This document shows positions 23,657 through 34,712 of a stretch of 64,000 nt of DNA, one piece after another. A program made the position numbers and the translations under genes. The DNA comes from Yuukianura sp. NJ FZ-2021. Taxonomy: Eukaryota. Below the pieces are notes generated by a model, which was not told the DNA's origin, did no database searches, and was given only the letters and a program-made list of their open reading frames with translations. The stretch is taken from assembly GCA_046563655.1 (NCBI GenBank), contig CM102288.1, positions 3,286,001 through 3,350,000 of the forward strand, read 5' to 3'. Each line of letters opens with the position of its first letter. Positions within the stretch are counted from its first letter, which is position 1.

Positions 23657-25665
23657 TCTTTGGCCACCGCCACGACGATGACAGCCACCGCCGCGGTGCT
23701 TCGAGACCACTAAAAACTGCTACCAAGCTAAACTACGCAGAAGTCTTAATTAGTTATTCTTAATTAAGTTAATTATGATTTAACATTTAAGAAAAAAAGA
23801 TGTTTAATCTGTGATTTCAGTGATGATGAAAATGAAGACGAAGAGGAGACAACAAAAAAGTCAAATTCAAAAAAAGTTACAACTGTTTTAGAAAAAATGA
23901 ACAAAACCTTTTACTCTTCCCATTTTGCACTAAATTTAAAAAAAGTAGAAATTATTAACTACTTAATTAAAAAACTTAATTAACTAATTAACAAATTGCG
24001 TAATTTGTAAAGAGAATAATCGCTCTTCTTTTGGGCACAAAAATCTGTTTTTGCTCTTCCTCTAAACTAAAAACTTCAATTCTAAAAATTTAGTTTAAAA
24101 ATCATCTTTTTTGCATGTTAAGGGCGTAAAATTTAGAAAAACACAATTTTTTCCTATAAAAAATTATCATTAACTTTTACTCACATTTGTAATACCTTAT
24201 TATTACTAGGTTTTAATACGTTCTGGTTAAGTTTAACAAAAATTAAGACTAAAAGTTACAACAGGCAGGTTAAAATTAGGCGGGATGTTTCAATTTCAAA
24301 TCGTACTAAAAATCTGTGTTGTTCAAACACTTTTGTTTTAAAACCCGAGTTAAAACAAGGTGTTTTTAATAATTGATGTTACCACAAAGAGTTTTCTTCC
24401 GAAGTTTAATTAAGTTTTAAGACTTTTAAAGAGATAACCAACCAGAGTTAACTTTATTGTTAACAATTGCAAAGACAAAATCATACTACACCCAATCCTA
24501 ATAAGACAAAAACCAATTAACCAATTAACTAATTGATTTGTGCTTAAGAAGAAAATATAGGAAGCCAACCAGATCAAAAGGCGGTGCATTTTGAAACTAA
24601 ATTCTGTACTGTTAAGAGCTAAAAAGTTAAGCAAAACTGTCATTTATTTGCACAGTTTAAGAATTGTAACATTGAGATTGTTGTGAAAAGGTCAAAGGTC
24701 AAAGAGGGAGAGACAATGGGCAGGGTCCAATCTAAGGACAATGGGACCAAAAGGCTGGATTGTGCTCGCTCTTTTGCTTAAAAACTAAAAATAACACCGA
24801 ACAAAGACAGTAAGAAGGATTAAAACCGATTTTAAACTAAAAAAACACGACTCAATAAACACCTCAAAATATCAGCAGTATCATTTTATTTTTAAAATCA
24901 GTCAACTCTGTTTTTTAAAAACTTTTCAAAAGATAAAATTAGCGTTAGTTTACTACATAAACTGACGCTGTTCGCGCCATCTTCTGCTAAACCTTGGATG
25001 AAAGCGTTGGATACAAAAAAGGAGTCCTCGGCAAAAATTTTTTGTGGCAGCAAAGTTAGCACAGTCAACTAACACCAATATTTTTTAATTATTTTAATAA
25101 AATGTATTAATTTGACGGTTTATAGCTAGATTTAATTTTTACATATTAGAAATGCCATTTTTATTTCATTTTCGTGTTGCTTTATAATATATTAACGTAC
25201 TAAACTGCACAAAAAACGAAACAAGTTATAATAAAACAACGAAATTGGCTGAGGCTGTTTTCAGAGCAAAAAAATTCTGCCAGAGGGAAACCGGCGTGAT
25301 GCAAAACAGAAGGGGCGGGTTTCCAAATTTCGAAATTTCAAAAGTAAGTACTCAAAAAGCAGCTGACTTTTTCAAATTTTTGGGTTTTACTTCTGGTACA
25401 GCGGGTGCAAAAAGTAGCATTTTTGGTAGCCCCACCTTCCCCCGCCATTACCCGTTCTCCGCATCATCTTCCTCCTTCCATTTGAACCTCCAACAAGGAA
25501 GAAGAAGGAGCCGACATTGCTGTTTCGTCACTTTTCGTTTACATACGCAGTTGTTGAGACGATTAACTGGACAAGGAGTGGAGGAAATCAATTGTTTGGA
25601 TCAATTAATTGACATAGAAGAGGACTAATTAATCAGTGAACGTCTGAAGAGCTACTGGAGAGAGG

Positions 25666-28600
25666 ATGGGTGGAACTAGAGTCTACATCGGTGGTCTTCC
25701 GTACGGAGTACGAGAAAAAGACTTGGAACGATTCTTCAAAGGATATGGACGGATCCGGGACATATTAATCAAGAACGGATATGGATTTGTGGTAAGTACT
25801 GACTAAACACCACTTAGCTTACGTTATTTCTGCTCCTGCCTTTTCTTTGGCTCAAATTCCCTAAAGAGTAATTGAATTAGTAACGATTTACGCCTACACT
25901 ATTGACATCAATCTGCCAACATCGCCACGCCAGCATAATCATGTCTCCATCTGACCATCACCATACGGAAGACCACCGATGCCAATCCCAGTTCGCTCCG
26001 CCTCTCTACAATAGTAACGTTACACTAATTAATAGTTTCTATTTGAGATCAATTGATCAAAAACTAATGTTTTCTTCTGTCGAAAGATCAGGTTCCGTTG
26101 CCTTTGTTGTCTCGATGTAACGTGCTGGGGCCAGGTCGATCCGTTGATTCGGAGTTGGTGATGACCGGGTCCAAGAAAACCTTATCCTCCACTCCTTGTC
26201 CTGGAGATCTGGCGTGGCGAAGAATGCGACGGAAACGACCCCTTGTTCTGTCCAGGCATCTAAACTAAACTAACGTTTTTTCAAGAAAACCGAATGATTG
26301 ACTTTCATATTTGTTAACGTTGAGATTTTGTATGCGCCTGTGCTACTTTAAGCTTTGTACAGTAGTTTTCCTCAGCTTGTCCATAAATTCGTCAGTCTAA
26401 ATTAATCGATCAACTTTAGTTTACTTAAAATGTATACCACTTTTTTGTTGACAGGAATTCGATGACTACAGAGATGCGGATGATGCTGTCTATGAGCTTA
26501 ATGGCAAGGAACTACTGGGAGAACGGTAAGTTGTAATCTTTTGATTAATTTGCTTAATTTTAATTTGGTTTATATTATTTTATCATTTTGCCCTGTTCAT
26601 TTGCTCTGCACATATAAATTCATCATGCGCGATTCATACTGTGGATTCTTCTGGAAGGTCATGAGTCATGCCCGACCAATTTATCATGTAGGATTGACTG
26701 ATCTTCATGTAATTTGAGACTGCCGCGATAGTTAACGTTAAACGTTTGAAAGATAAGACTAAAAACTTGTTTCTTTTTACACTAAAACGCATATTCAGTT
26801 GAGTTTTGTGAAGTAATGGATAATTTCTTGATTTAAATCGATGTTAATCTGAGGATATTTGTTTGTGACATTGTGGGACTACTAGAGTTCGGGTGGAAAT
26901 GGCCCATGCGGCCGGGGGAGGTCGAGACCGCGGAGGGTACCGTGGGGGTGACCGCGGTGGAGGGTTTCGTGACCGCCGCGGTGGCGGGGACCGTGGGAAA
27001 CAAGACAAGGCGTGAGTCCTACGAAGGGGGTACTCATGTCGTCTGGTTATTTTTGGCTGTTTCAGAGTTCTCGTGGAGCGTGCTCGTGGAGTACCACGAG
27101 ATGGTCGTGGCGGTGGAATGGGCGGTCGTAATATGAGCCGTAATTCTAGAGGACCACCACGTGGTTCAGACAAGTAAGTTTATAACGAAATTTTAAGAAA
27201 ACATTTTCCCATGAAAATTTAAAAATTAACTTTTTCTAAGTAACTTAACGTTTTAGAAAAAACTTTTTGCTTGAAATTGGGAAAAACTTAACTTTGTTTC
27301 GTTTTTGTGATATTCGGCATCTCACCAATCGCCATTTACATAGTTACTAGTGATGATCCTCAACACTGGAACTCTGAAATGGTTCAAAAATTGCTCAAAC
27401 GTCTGGGCTCCTCTTCTTACAATTATATTTTCAATTTACACTTTTTTTACTACTTTTTCTTACTAAAAGCTACTTCTTTACCCTATCAATTTTACTGTCT
27501 CGAAAAAATTGCCTATTTAAATTTCTATTTTTGGCAAAGGTATGGACCTCCAACTCGGACCGAATATCGTCTTGTTGTAGAAAATCTGTCGAGCCGCGTC
27601 TCTTGGCAGGTAAGTCACTTCATTTCTTTGTTTTAAGTTAACCCATTTCTTAGAAAGTACTTAGGACTTCCTAAAATTGTATCCGACAATTTGTCAATCG
27701 ACGCTGAGTGCAAAGTACAATGGCTGACCGTGCGGTTATTCAACGTTTCCGATCATAGGAGCCAGTGCACAAGGAAAACGAACTGCGCAGATATAAAAAT
27801 AACGAGTATTTCGGAAATTTTTTCGGCGGGAAATTTTTCTTGGTGGGTGCAACTTTTTCGTGGTAGGAAATTTTTTTCGGCGAAAGTTTTTGCCGTCCTT
27901 TTGAGCGATTTGCGTTCATTTTCCGTGTGCACTTGTCTCGTTTTGGCTATGTATGGAAAGAGGACACTAGAAGACTTGATGCGTCTGCACAGATCTTTTT
28001 TGAAATCTTGTTTTTTTTTTCTAAAAAGCTAGAGAGTTGATTTTGGATTGAATGTTAATCGACTGTTCCATGTTTTTACTTCTAAAGCCCCTCAATTCGC
28101 TGGTGGTGAGATGAATTGATGAGGAATTTGGTGAAATAAGGCTTGGGCTCTCTCGCATCCTCCTTCCTCCTGGGTTCTCTCTAAGTGCCAAAAGATTCAA
28201 AAATTCAAATTGGGTCAATGGGCAATCGGGAATTTGGCGAAAGTGACGAAATCTAAATCTAAAGTGGCTCTCCGAAGACGAGTGACCAACCGACAGTCTC
28301 GATAGGGTCCGCTTAACGTGTCTTCTCTCTCTCAGAAGGATGATGATGATGATGAGGGTTGTCAAGGGGAGGGGGACTTGACGTTGACTGACTGGATGGA
28401 GTGACATGGTGGGTCCAGTTGAGTGGCCCACCACGTGGGGCGGGCAGTTGTGTTGTGACGAGCTGATGATTGGTGCACCAGAGAGGCGCTTACACTTTAG
28501 ACGATGGTCCACACGGTCTCGGTCGATCACCTTCCAGGATTTTATGGAGAGCCCTTGGCAGAGGGGAGCCCTTGGATGAGGGGAGCCTTGTTAAGTCCTC

Positions 28601-30501
28601 CACCGTCCCTAGCTCTGAGTCTTTTGATCTGTGTGCGAACCCAGAAAACGTTTCTTTTGTGTAACCTCTCTTTCCGAGGGAAGGTAAAGAAAGAATTAAT
28701 TAACAAATTGTCCAACTAATAACTCAAAAGACAGGCGTAATTTATCTCTTCACAGATTCACAAATGTTTCTTTTTCTTATCCCCATTTTACTTTTTCATT
28801 TAACTTTTTAAAATTAAAACAGAAAACTGGTTTAACTTTGTGTATACCGAACTTAATTTTTTTGATTTTTACTGACCAGTTTTCTGTTTTTGAAGTTGTC
28901 CAAGTCCTAATATTTTCCTGGGAAAAGTACATCCAATCGATGAGGCAGTCATGAGAGTGACGGTGAGGTGACATCAACTTCAAAAATCACAATCGCAATG
29001 GCAAGGATGAGGTCAAGCGAGGTCAAATGTTCCGAAAGTGTCCACCTTTGTGCATCCGAGGCAGCGACGTTACCTGGTTTTCCTGTTCCTGGAATCCTTC
29101 CTTTAACCTTCTGTTTTCCAGACATACTGTTTAAACTTGTCAGTAATATTTACAAAGTTATTTAAATGCTAAATTGCATGACTTTTTATGTTTATAGAAG
29201 TTTAGAATAGCAGGTTAAAGTTGACCTTGAGAAAGTCAATTACTAATTGTTTTGATTTGTTCTCATTCGTTGTTCCTCGAAGGACTTGAAGGACTATATG
29301 CGCCAGGCTGGAGAGGTAACTTACGCTGATGCCCACAAGCAACGTAGAAATGAGGGGTAAGTTGAAGTAAAAAAATTCAAACTTGGTTTTCAAAATTTTA
29401 CGATAGATTCGGGAAGTAATCGTAAGTTTTTTTTTTGTGTTTCAGTGTTGTGGAATTTGCCAGTTATTCAGACTTGAAAGCAGCCGTAGAGAAGCTGGAC
29501 GATACGGAGTTGAATGGACGTCGAATTCGATTGGTGGAGGATCGTGGAAGCCGAGGGCGCGGAGGACGACGGTCACGGTCTTCTTCAAGGTCACGATCAA
29601 AGTCTCGAAGCCGAAGCCGATCACGCGGACGTCGCGATTCACGGTGAGTTGAATGTTCTATTTCTCTTGTTTTCGGTTTTTCGTAAATGATGATTCTATC
29701 TTTCGGGTCTGAAAACTTTTGACGACTACCTTTACCCAACGTGTTCTGAAAATGTTCAAATATTTAGAAAAACCTTGGACTTACCATTTCTTCCAGTGGA
29801 AGTAATCGATTTCATTGATTTTTTGTTTAGATCGAAGAGCAAGTCGAAGTCTCCTCGAAGCAAGAGCCGATCCAAATCTCGCTCGCGTTCAAAGTAAGCA
29901 ACGGACACTTTTAACTTGAATATTGGACTGAAATGGTGGGATTCACGCTAACATTTGGTGTGGATTGTGTAGGTCACGAGACAAGTCCAAGTCACCGGAC
30001 AAGAAGAAGGACAAGGCTTCACGCTCCCGATCCAGATCACGATCAAAGTCGAGGTAAATTAATCGTCCGAAGATTTCTTCCGACAGTTTTTCAGTTCCTA
30101 CTTAATTTATTCCTAAATTATTTGGAATCCCGTTTTGTACATCTTTTTCTGTGCTTTTCGGGTAATAAAGCGCGTGTTTCTGTTTCGTGTGAGTCGAATT
30201 TTTTCAATTGATGATGATGTAATCAGTTTTTCATCTTTCGGGTCTGACACTGATGATGATAACTTTTGAACTGAATCCAAAATTCCCTTTCCTCGGAGTT
30301 CCTGTGCTGAATGGAATGTAAGTTCTTGATTACTCTGAATCTAATTGATTTTGTTGTTTTCGTGACAGGGATAAGAGCCGTTCCAGATCTAGAAGTGAGA
30401 GTAAAGGGCGTGACTCTCGAAGTCGTTCCAAATCAATGGAGAAAAATGGCGACCGGTCAGGAGATGACCGTGACATGAAGGATGACGATGGAGACGACTA
30501 G
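25666..30501 (+). CDS. B52: Serine/arginine-rich splicing factor B52/SRp55 (SRSF4/5/6 family)
   Basis: RRM1 TRVYIGGLP...[34 protein letters not shown]2 [43 protein letters not shown] domain; exons 25666-25791, 26455-26525, 26886-27011 or 27066-27173, 27540-27609, 29283-29356, 29446-29643, 29831-29893, 29973-30053, 30369-30501. Confidence 0.96.
28336..28683 (+). other. Candidate poison (PTC-containing) exon in SR gene
   Basis: Acceptor TCTTCTCTCTCTCAG at 28335, (GAT)n tract, in-frame TGA 28402-28404, donor AAG/GTAAAG at 28684; poison exons are typical of SR genes. Confidence 0.5.
29682..29752 (+). ncRNA. Intronic C/D snoRNA, SNORD2/snR39B-like (copy 1, two guides)
   Basis: C box ATGATGA 29687, guide TATCTTTCGGGT + D' CTGA 29709, C'-like TTGACGA, D CTGA 29746; guide complementary to LSU rRNA ACCCGAAAGAUG (yeast Gm805 site). 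Confidence 0.85.
30206..30279 (+). ncRNA. Intronic C/D snoRNA, SNORD2/snR39B-like (copy 2)
   Basis: C box ATGATGA 30211, guide CATCTTTCGGGT + D' CTGA 30244, C' TGATGA, D CTGA 30271; flanking GAATTTT/AAAATTC stem. Confidence 0.85.
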
Positions 30502-30940
30502 AAAGTTAATGTCACTGCTGGATTCAGAAGAACAGATAGATTTTTGTTTTGGCGTTAATTTCAATGTTACTTGAATTGAAACATGAAATGTCGCTTTACA
30601 TACTGCTAACTGCTTATGATTACTTCCTGTTTTACACAGTTTCTTTTAGATGTTCTATTTGTACCGATTTGTGTTACTGCTGATTGTATAAGAGTATCAG
30701 TGACCTATACTGTAATTCCAATGGTCTTTAAACTAAATGGAGCCTTATTCTCCTATTATATCTTATTTGTATTTAAATAACATAATTATTATTATCAAAT
30801 AAATTTTGGTTTTGAATCAAAAATTTTGATGGAAAGATAAATGTGGCAATCAGCTGTTGTCGGAATGGAATTCCAAAAACGTTCTTCGTGGATCTCGCAA
30901 TGGCATTTCACCAGTTGCTATTTGAATTACACGTGCAAGT

Positions 30941-31584
30941 GGGTCCATGCCAATACATCAAAAAAAAGACATCAACTGAAAAGACATCAACACAAAAGAC
31001 ATCAACCAGAAAGACATCAACAATGCAAACACATCAACTATAAAAACACATCAACCCAAAAGACATCAACAGAAAAGACATCAACAATGCAAACACATCA
31101 ACAATGAAAAGACATCAAAACGAAAGACATCAACAGAAAAGAAATAAGGATTTTTTTTTGAAATTTTGAAAATGTAATAAGCCAGACTTAGACAATCCAA
31201 CCTACAGACGTAATCCCTATGGTGTGCTTTACCAAACCTAACGCCGCGCCTTCGGCGCGGTACCGCAGGCTAAGCTAGCCACACGTCATCAGTATTCCCA
31301 ACTGTGATAGCATGGCCAGACTTACCTTTTTTCAAAATTTTGAAAAAAAAATTCCCAAATTTCAATTTCGGGTATAAAAATAGAATTTCTGTTGATGTCT
31401 TTTAGTTTTGATGTCTTTTCATTGTTGATGTGTTTGCATTGTTGATGTCTTTTGTGTTGATGTCTTTTGGGTTGATGTGTTTTTATAGTTGATGTGTTTG
31501 CATTGTTGATGTCTTTCTGGTTGATGTCTTTTGGTTGATGTCTTTTCAGTTGATGTCTTTTTTTTGATGTATTGGCGTGCTTCG
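30941..31584. mobile_element. Foldback/Mutator-like MITE with ~200-bp TIRs built of ~15-bp subrepeats
   Basis: AAAGACATCAAC repeats on the left mirrored by GTTGATGTCTTT on the right; flanking direct repeat GTGCAAGT (30933-30940, 31585-31592). Confidence 0.85.
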
Positions 31585-32075
31585 GTGCAAGTTGTTTCGC
31601 GCCTAAAACGTTTTCATGGGAAGATAAAAAAGAACGTTAAAGGAAGTCACTGTGAGCTTAACGCTCCTTTTTAATTTTAATTGTTGCAACCGTTGATTAA
31701 TCTAACAGATTAAAATAATTGTGAAGTCCATCATTAATGTTTACGTTAACGATTAACAGTGATCGCTCAAGTAATCACAATGGCATTTGAAAAGTATCTA
31801 CAAAATGAAAGTGTATTGCAATGACAATTGAAAGAGGGAATATCTGAAATTTTGCCAACAAAGAGACAGGTGATCTTTAAATGTCAACACAGGAGGAGGG
31901 TGATCTGCTGGACTAACACGAGAAACAAGGTGAGAACTGAATTAATCGTTAATTAGTGTACCAGATTCAGTGTGACGTCGGAGACTAGAGTATACCTAAC
32001 GTTAACGGTGAAATCTACTGACAACCCCGGCTCCTGTCCTGCTTCATCATTAACGGTTCGAGTCTGGCTTCTGGC

Positions 32076-32895
32076 ATGGAGCTTCCGGTCATCCCTTATA
32101 GCAAGTCGGACTATGTTGAAACGGTAAGGTCTCATATCGTTAGTTTATCGTACGATGGTACGGCATAAAATGAATGGTATCTGTTGGCCAGTGACTATGG
32201 TAACTTTTCTTTTGGTTGAGCAGGCATCAGGCAATAAAGTAAGCAGGAAAACGATTTTGTGTGGATCCCAAAACATCGTCATCAATGGCAAAGCAATTAT
32301 TCGAGAAGGGGTTATGATTCGAGGGGACCTTGCCAGTGTTCGTGTTGGACGACATTGTGTCATTGATTGTAATGTCATCATGCGGCCGCCTTTCAAACGA
32401 TTCAGCAAGGGGTGAGTTGTGAATGTGATGTGACAAGAGATGAAACGCTACTAATTTTTCCAGCACTTGAGCATTAACGATTGCACTGTGTACATTTTTG
32501 TTTTGTTTTACAGTGTGTCATTCTTCCCACTTCAAGTCGGAGAGCATGTTTTTATTGGGGAAAATACAGTTGTCAATGCAGCTATGATCGGATCTTACGT
32601 TTACATCGGAAAGAATTGCATTATCGTGAGCCAATGCCACTGAAATAACAACCAATCAATTAAATTTTGTGTTTAAATTGTTTATTTTCTAAAACAGGGC
32701 CGTCGATGTGTTCTGAAAGACTGTTGTAGACTTGAGGACGGAACTGTCCTTGCCAATGAGACCACGGTGCCCTCATTTACAGTTTACGGCGGAAATCCTG
32801 GCACGCAAGTATCCGAACAACCCGAATGTACCCAAGACCTAATGATCGAGTATACTCAACGCTACTATCAACAGTTCACACCAAAATCATCCTAG
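32076..32895 (+). CDS. DCTN5: Dynactin subunit 5 (p25)
   Basis: [38 protein letters not shown]...[14 protein letters not shown]...[26 protein letters not shown]; exons 32076-32123, 32224-32411, 32514-32625, 32698-32895. Confidence 0.96.
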
Positions 32896-33039
32896 ACAAA
32901 GTGACAGTGACCAAACATTCAACATTATGTAACTAGTACTAGTACTAGCAACATAAGAAAGAACTAAATAACCAAGAACCCCGACTCCTAATGAACTTTC
33001 TCCTTCCTTCCATGCCCTCTTCAAAGCAACTATGTAAGT

Positions 33040-33364
33040 GACATTAATGTTATCCGCGTTGCAGCATCTCTTTAACAAATTTCGTGCCTCGTAATTACTT
33101 ATTCCAGAATCGTCCTTCCAGAAAGTAATTAAGCATTCAACTTATAGGCATTCTACGAAGTGCTTCACAAAATTTCTGGCTTCATTTAAAAAATAAATGA
33201 TTGCTATATTTTCAAAATTAAGTTGCTTGACTTCTATAGTCCATTCTTTTATACTCCCAGTTCATTCCATGGCCTTGCCAGCATTTTCATAAAATGAACA
33301 AAGCGCACCGTGGAATGACATTCCACGGTGATGCTGATGATGTTGATGCTGCTGATGGCTCCAT
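33040..33364 (-). pseudogene. Possible decayed coding remnant (F-box-like)
   Basis: After a clean short intron, MEPSAASTSSASPWNVIP... and ALRRMPIS*MLNYFLEGRFWNKVI fragments with stops and frameshifts; weak resemblance only. Confidence 0.2.
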
Positions 33365-34164
33365 TTCCAACTCTAAAACCTAAAAACTTAAACCCTACAC
33401 CAGTAATTACTAAAATAAACCTAAATCTAATACTAAACTAACTTAATTAACTAATTAACTTACCAATTAATGACGACTGCAACTCACTTCCGCTGTTTCT
33501 TCTTTCTCTGTCATTCACAGACTAAAATTTTGAGCGAAAGAGCAAAATTTAGGTTTAGGTAAGGTTTAAGTAGCGTCATTGTATCCGAACGGTGTGGCAA
33601 CTCTGCATGTTTCGTTGAATGGTACACCGTGTGACAACTTATGTGTTTCATTATTTTTTTTATTAATTAGTTAATTAATTTCATTCATCAATTAGTGAAA
33701 TATCCCATTGTAGCTTCAATATATACATCTGCAACCAGCGGGTACAATTAAGCATGTTAAACCTTACTCTAACCGGAATCAAATTCAAAGTAGCAGAAAT
33801 CCCGCTCTGTCAAATTCAAAAATTGAGACATATGTGCAGTCCATTTCATACTTTAATGAAGTAATTGCTAATTATAATTATAATTACCACTAAAGAATGA
33901 AATTTTGATCAATTTTTAGCTGCGTAAAAACATTTAAATTTAAATTTATTTGACTGCATTGAGCGACCCTTTAACGTTGGAAATTTGGGAACTTTTTTTT
34001 TTTTAAATTTTTTTTGTCAAAAAAATAAGATTTTTAGAGGGTAGGCGCTTCGAAATTCATACATTTGTATTTTTTAACCAGCCTAGTGGAATGTCCAAAG
34101 GTCAACGATTCTCATTGTTCCTTGTACTCTTTATAGGTTTCGTTCCTGCCTTTTTGCAAAAAGA

Positions 34165-34712
34165 AGACCAGCATCAACATCAAAAGCAGCAAGAGGGATG
34201 AGACGTGTGCCTGCGTATTAGTGATGGAATTTTCTTCATTACCAAAAGATGTCCAATGACTCATCAGACTTCCCATTTTACTCACGAAACACCAAGCAAC
34301 CAGCTATCCATACTGTAGGACGCATTCGAGTAGCCCTCAAAGTTTACAAGACTGCAAGAGGCATTGGAACTAAACCAAAAGGAAGCTCCCTTCCATCCAG
34401 TTCTCAGAACCATCCACCTCCAAGTTGTAAAACTCCACTTTCTTCTTGCTCCTGTTTACAAAACCCGTCAGTTCTGTTCCAGGAATCTTGGAAGACTCCA
34501 GTGTGGTCAAGTTCAATCCACAGAAGGCCTTCAATTATTAATCCCTTCAAAGAGATTCTGGTCAAGTGCCTTCTCCATCAGCAGCAGTGTCAACTTTATT
34601 GATTTTTCAACCTAACCTTGAAAAAGTCTAATGCACTTTGGATAAACTTGGAAGTTTTCAACTTGGACAAGCAGAATAGCATCAAGTTTGCATCCAAATG
34701 GACTCTGAACAG
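34165..34712 (+). pseudogene. Possible decayed coding remnant (F-box-like start)
   Basis: MEFSSLPKDVQ*LI resembles an F-box start; coding-like composition with broken frames; ends at CAG/GTAAG donor. Confidence 0.25.

Noticed and set aside
26590..26745. Possible H/ACA snoRNA in SR intron
   Set aside because: Hairpins weak; no convincing H box or ACA at the expected positions
28021..28530. 169-aa minus-strand ORF in the SR intron
   Set aside because: No recognisable protein or splice context; explained by the GC-rich sense-strand element
30956..31140. Short regular repeats resembling a CRISPR array
   Set aside because: Eukaryotic context, no unique spacers; they are TIR subrepeats mirrored at 31388-31570
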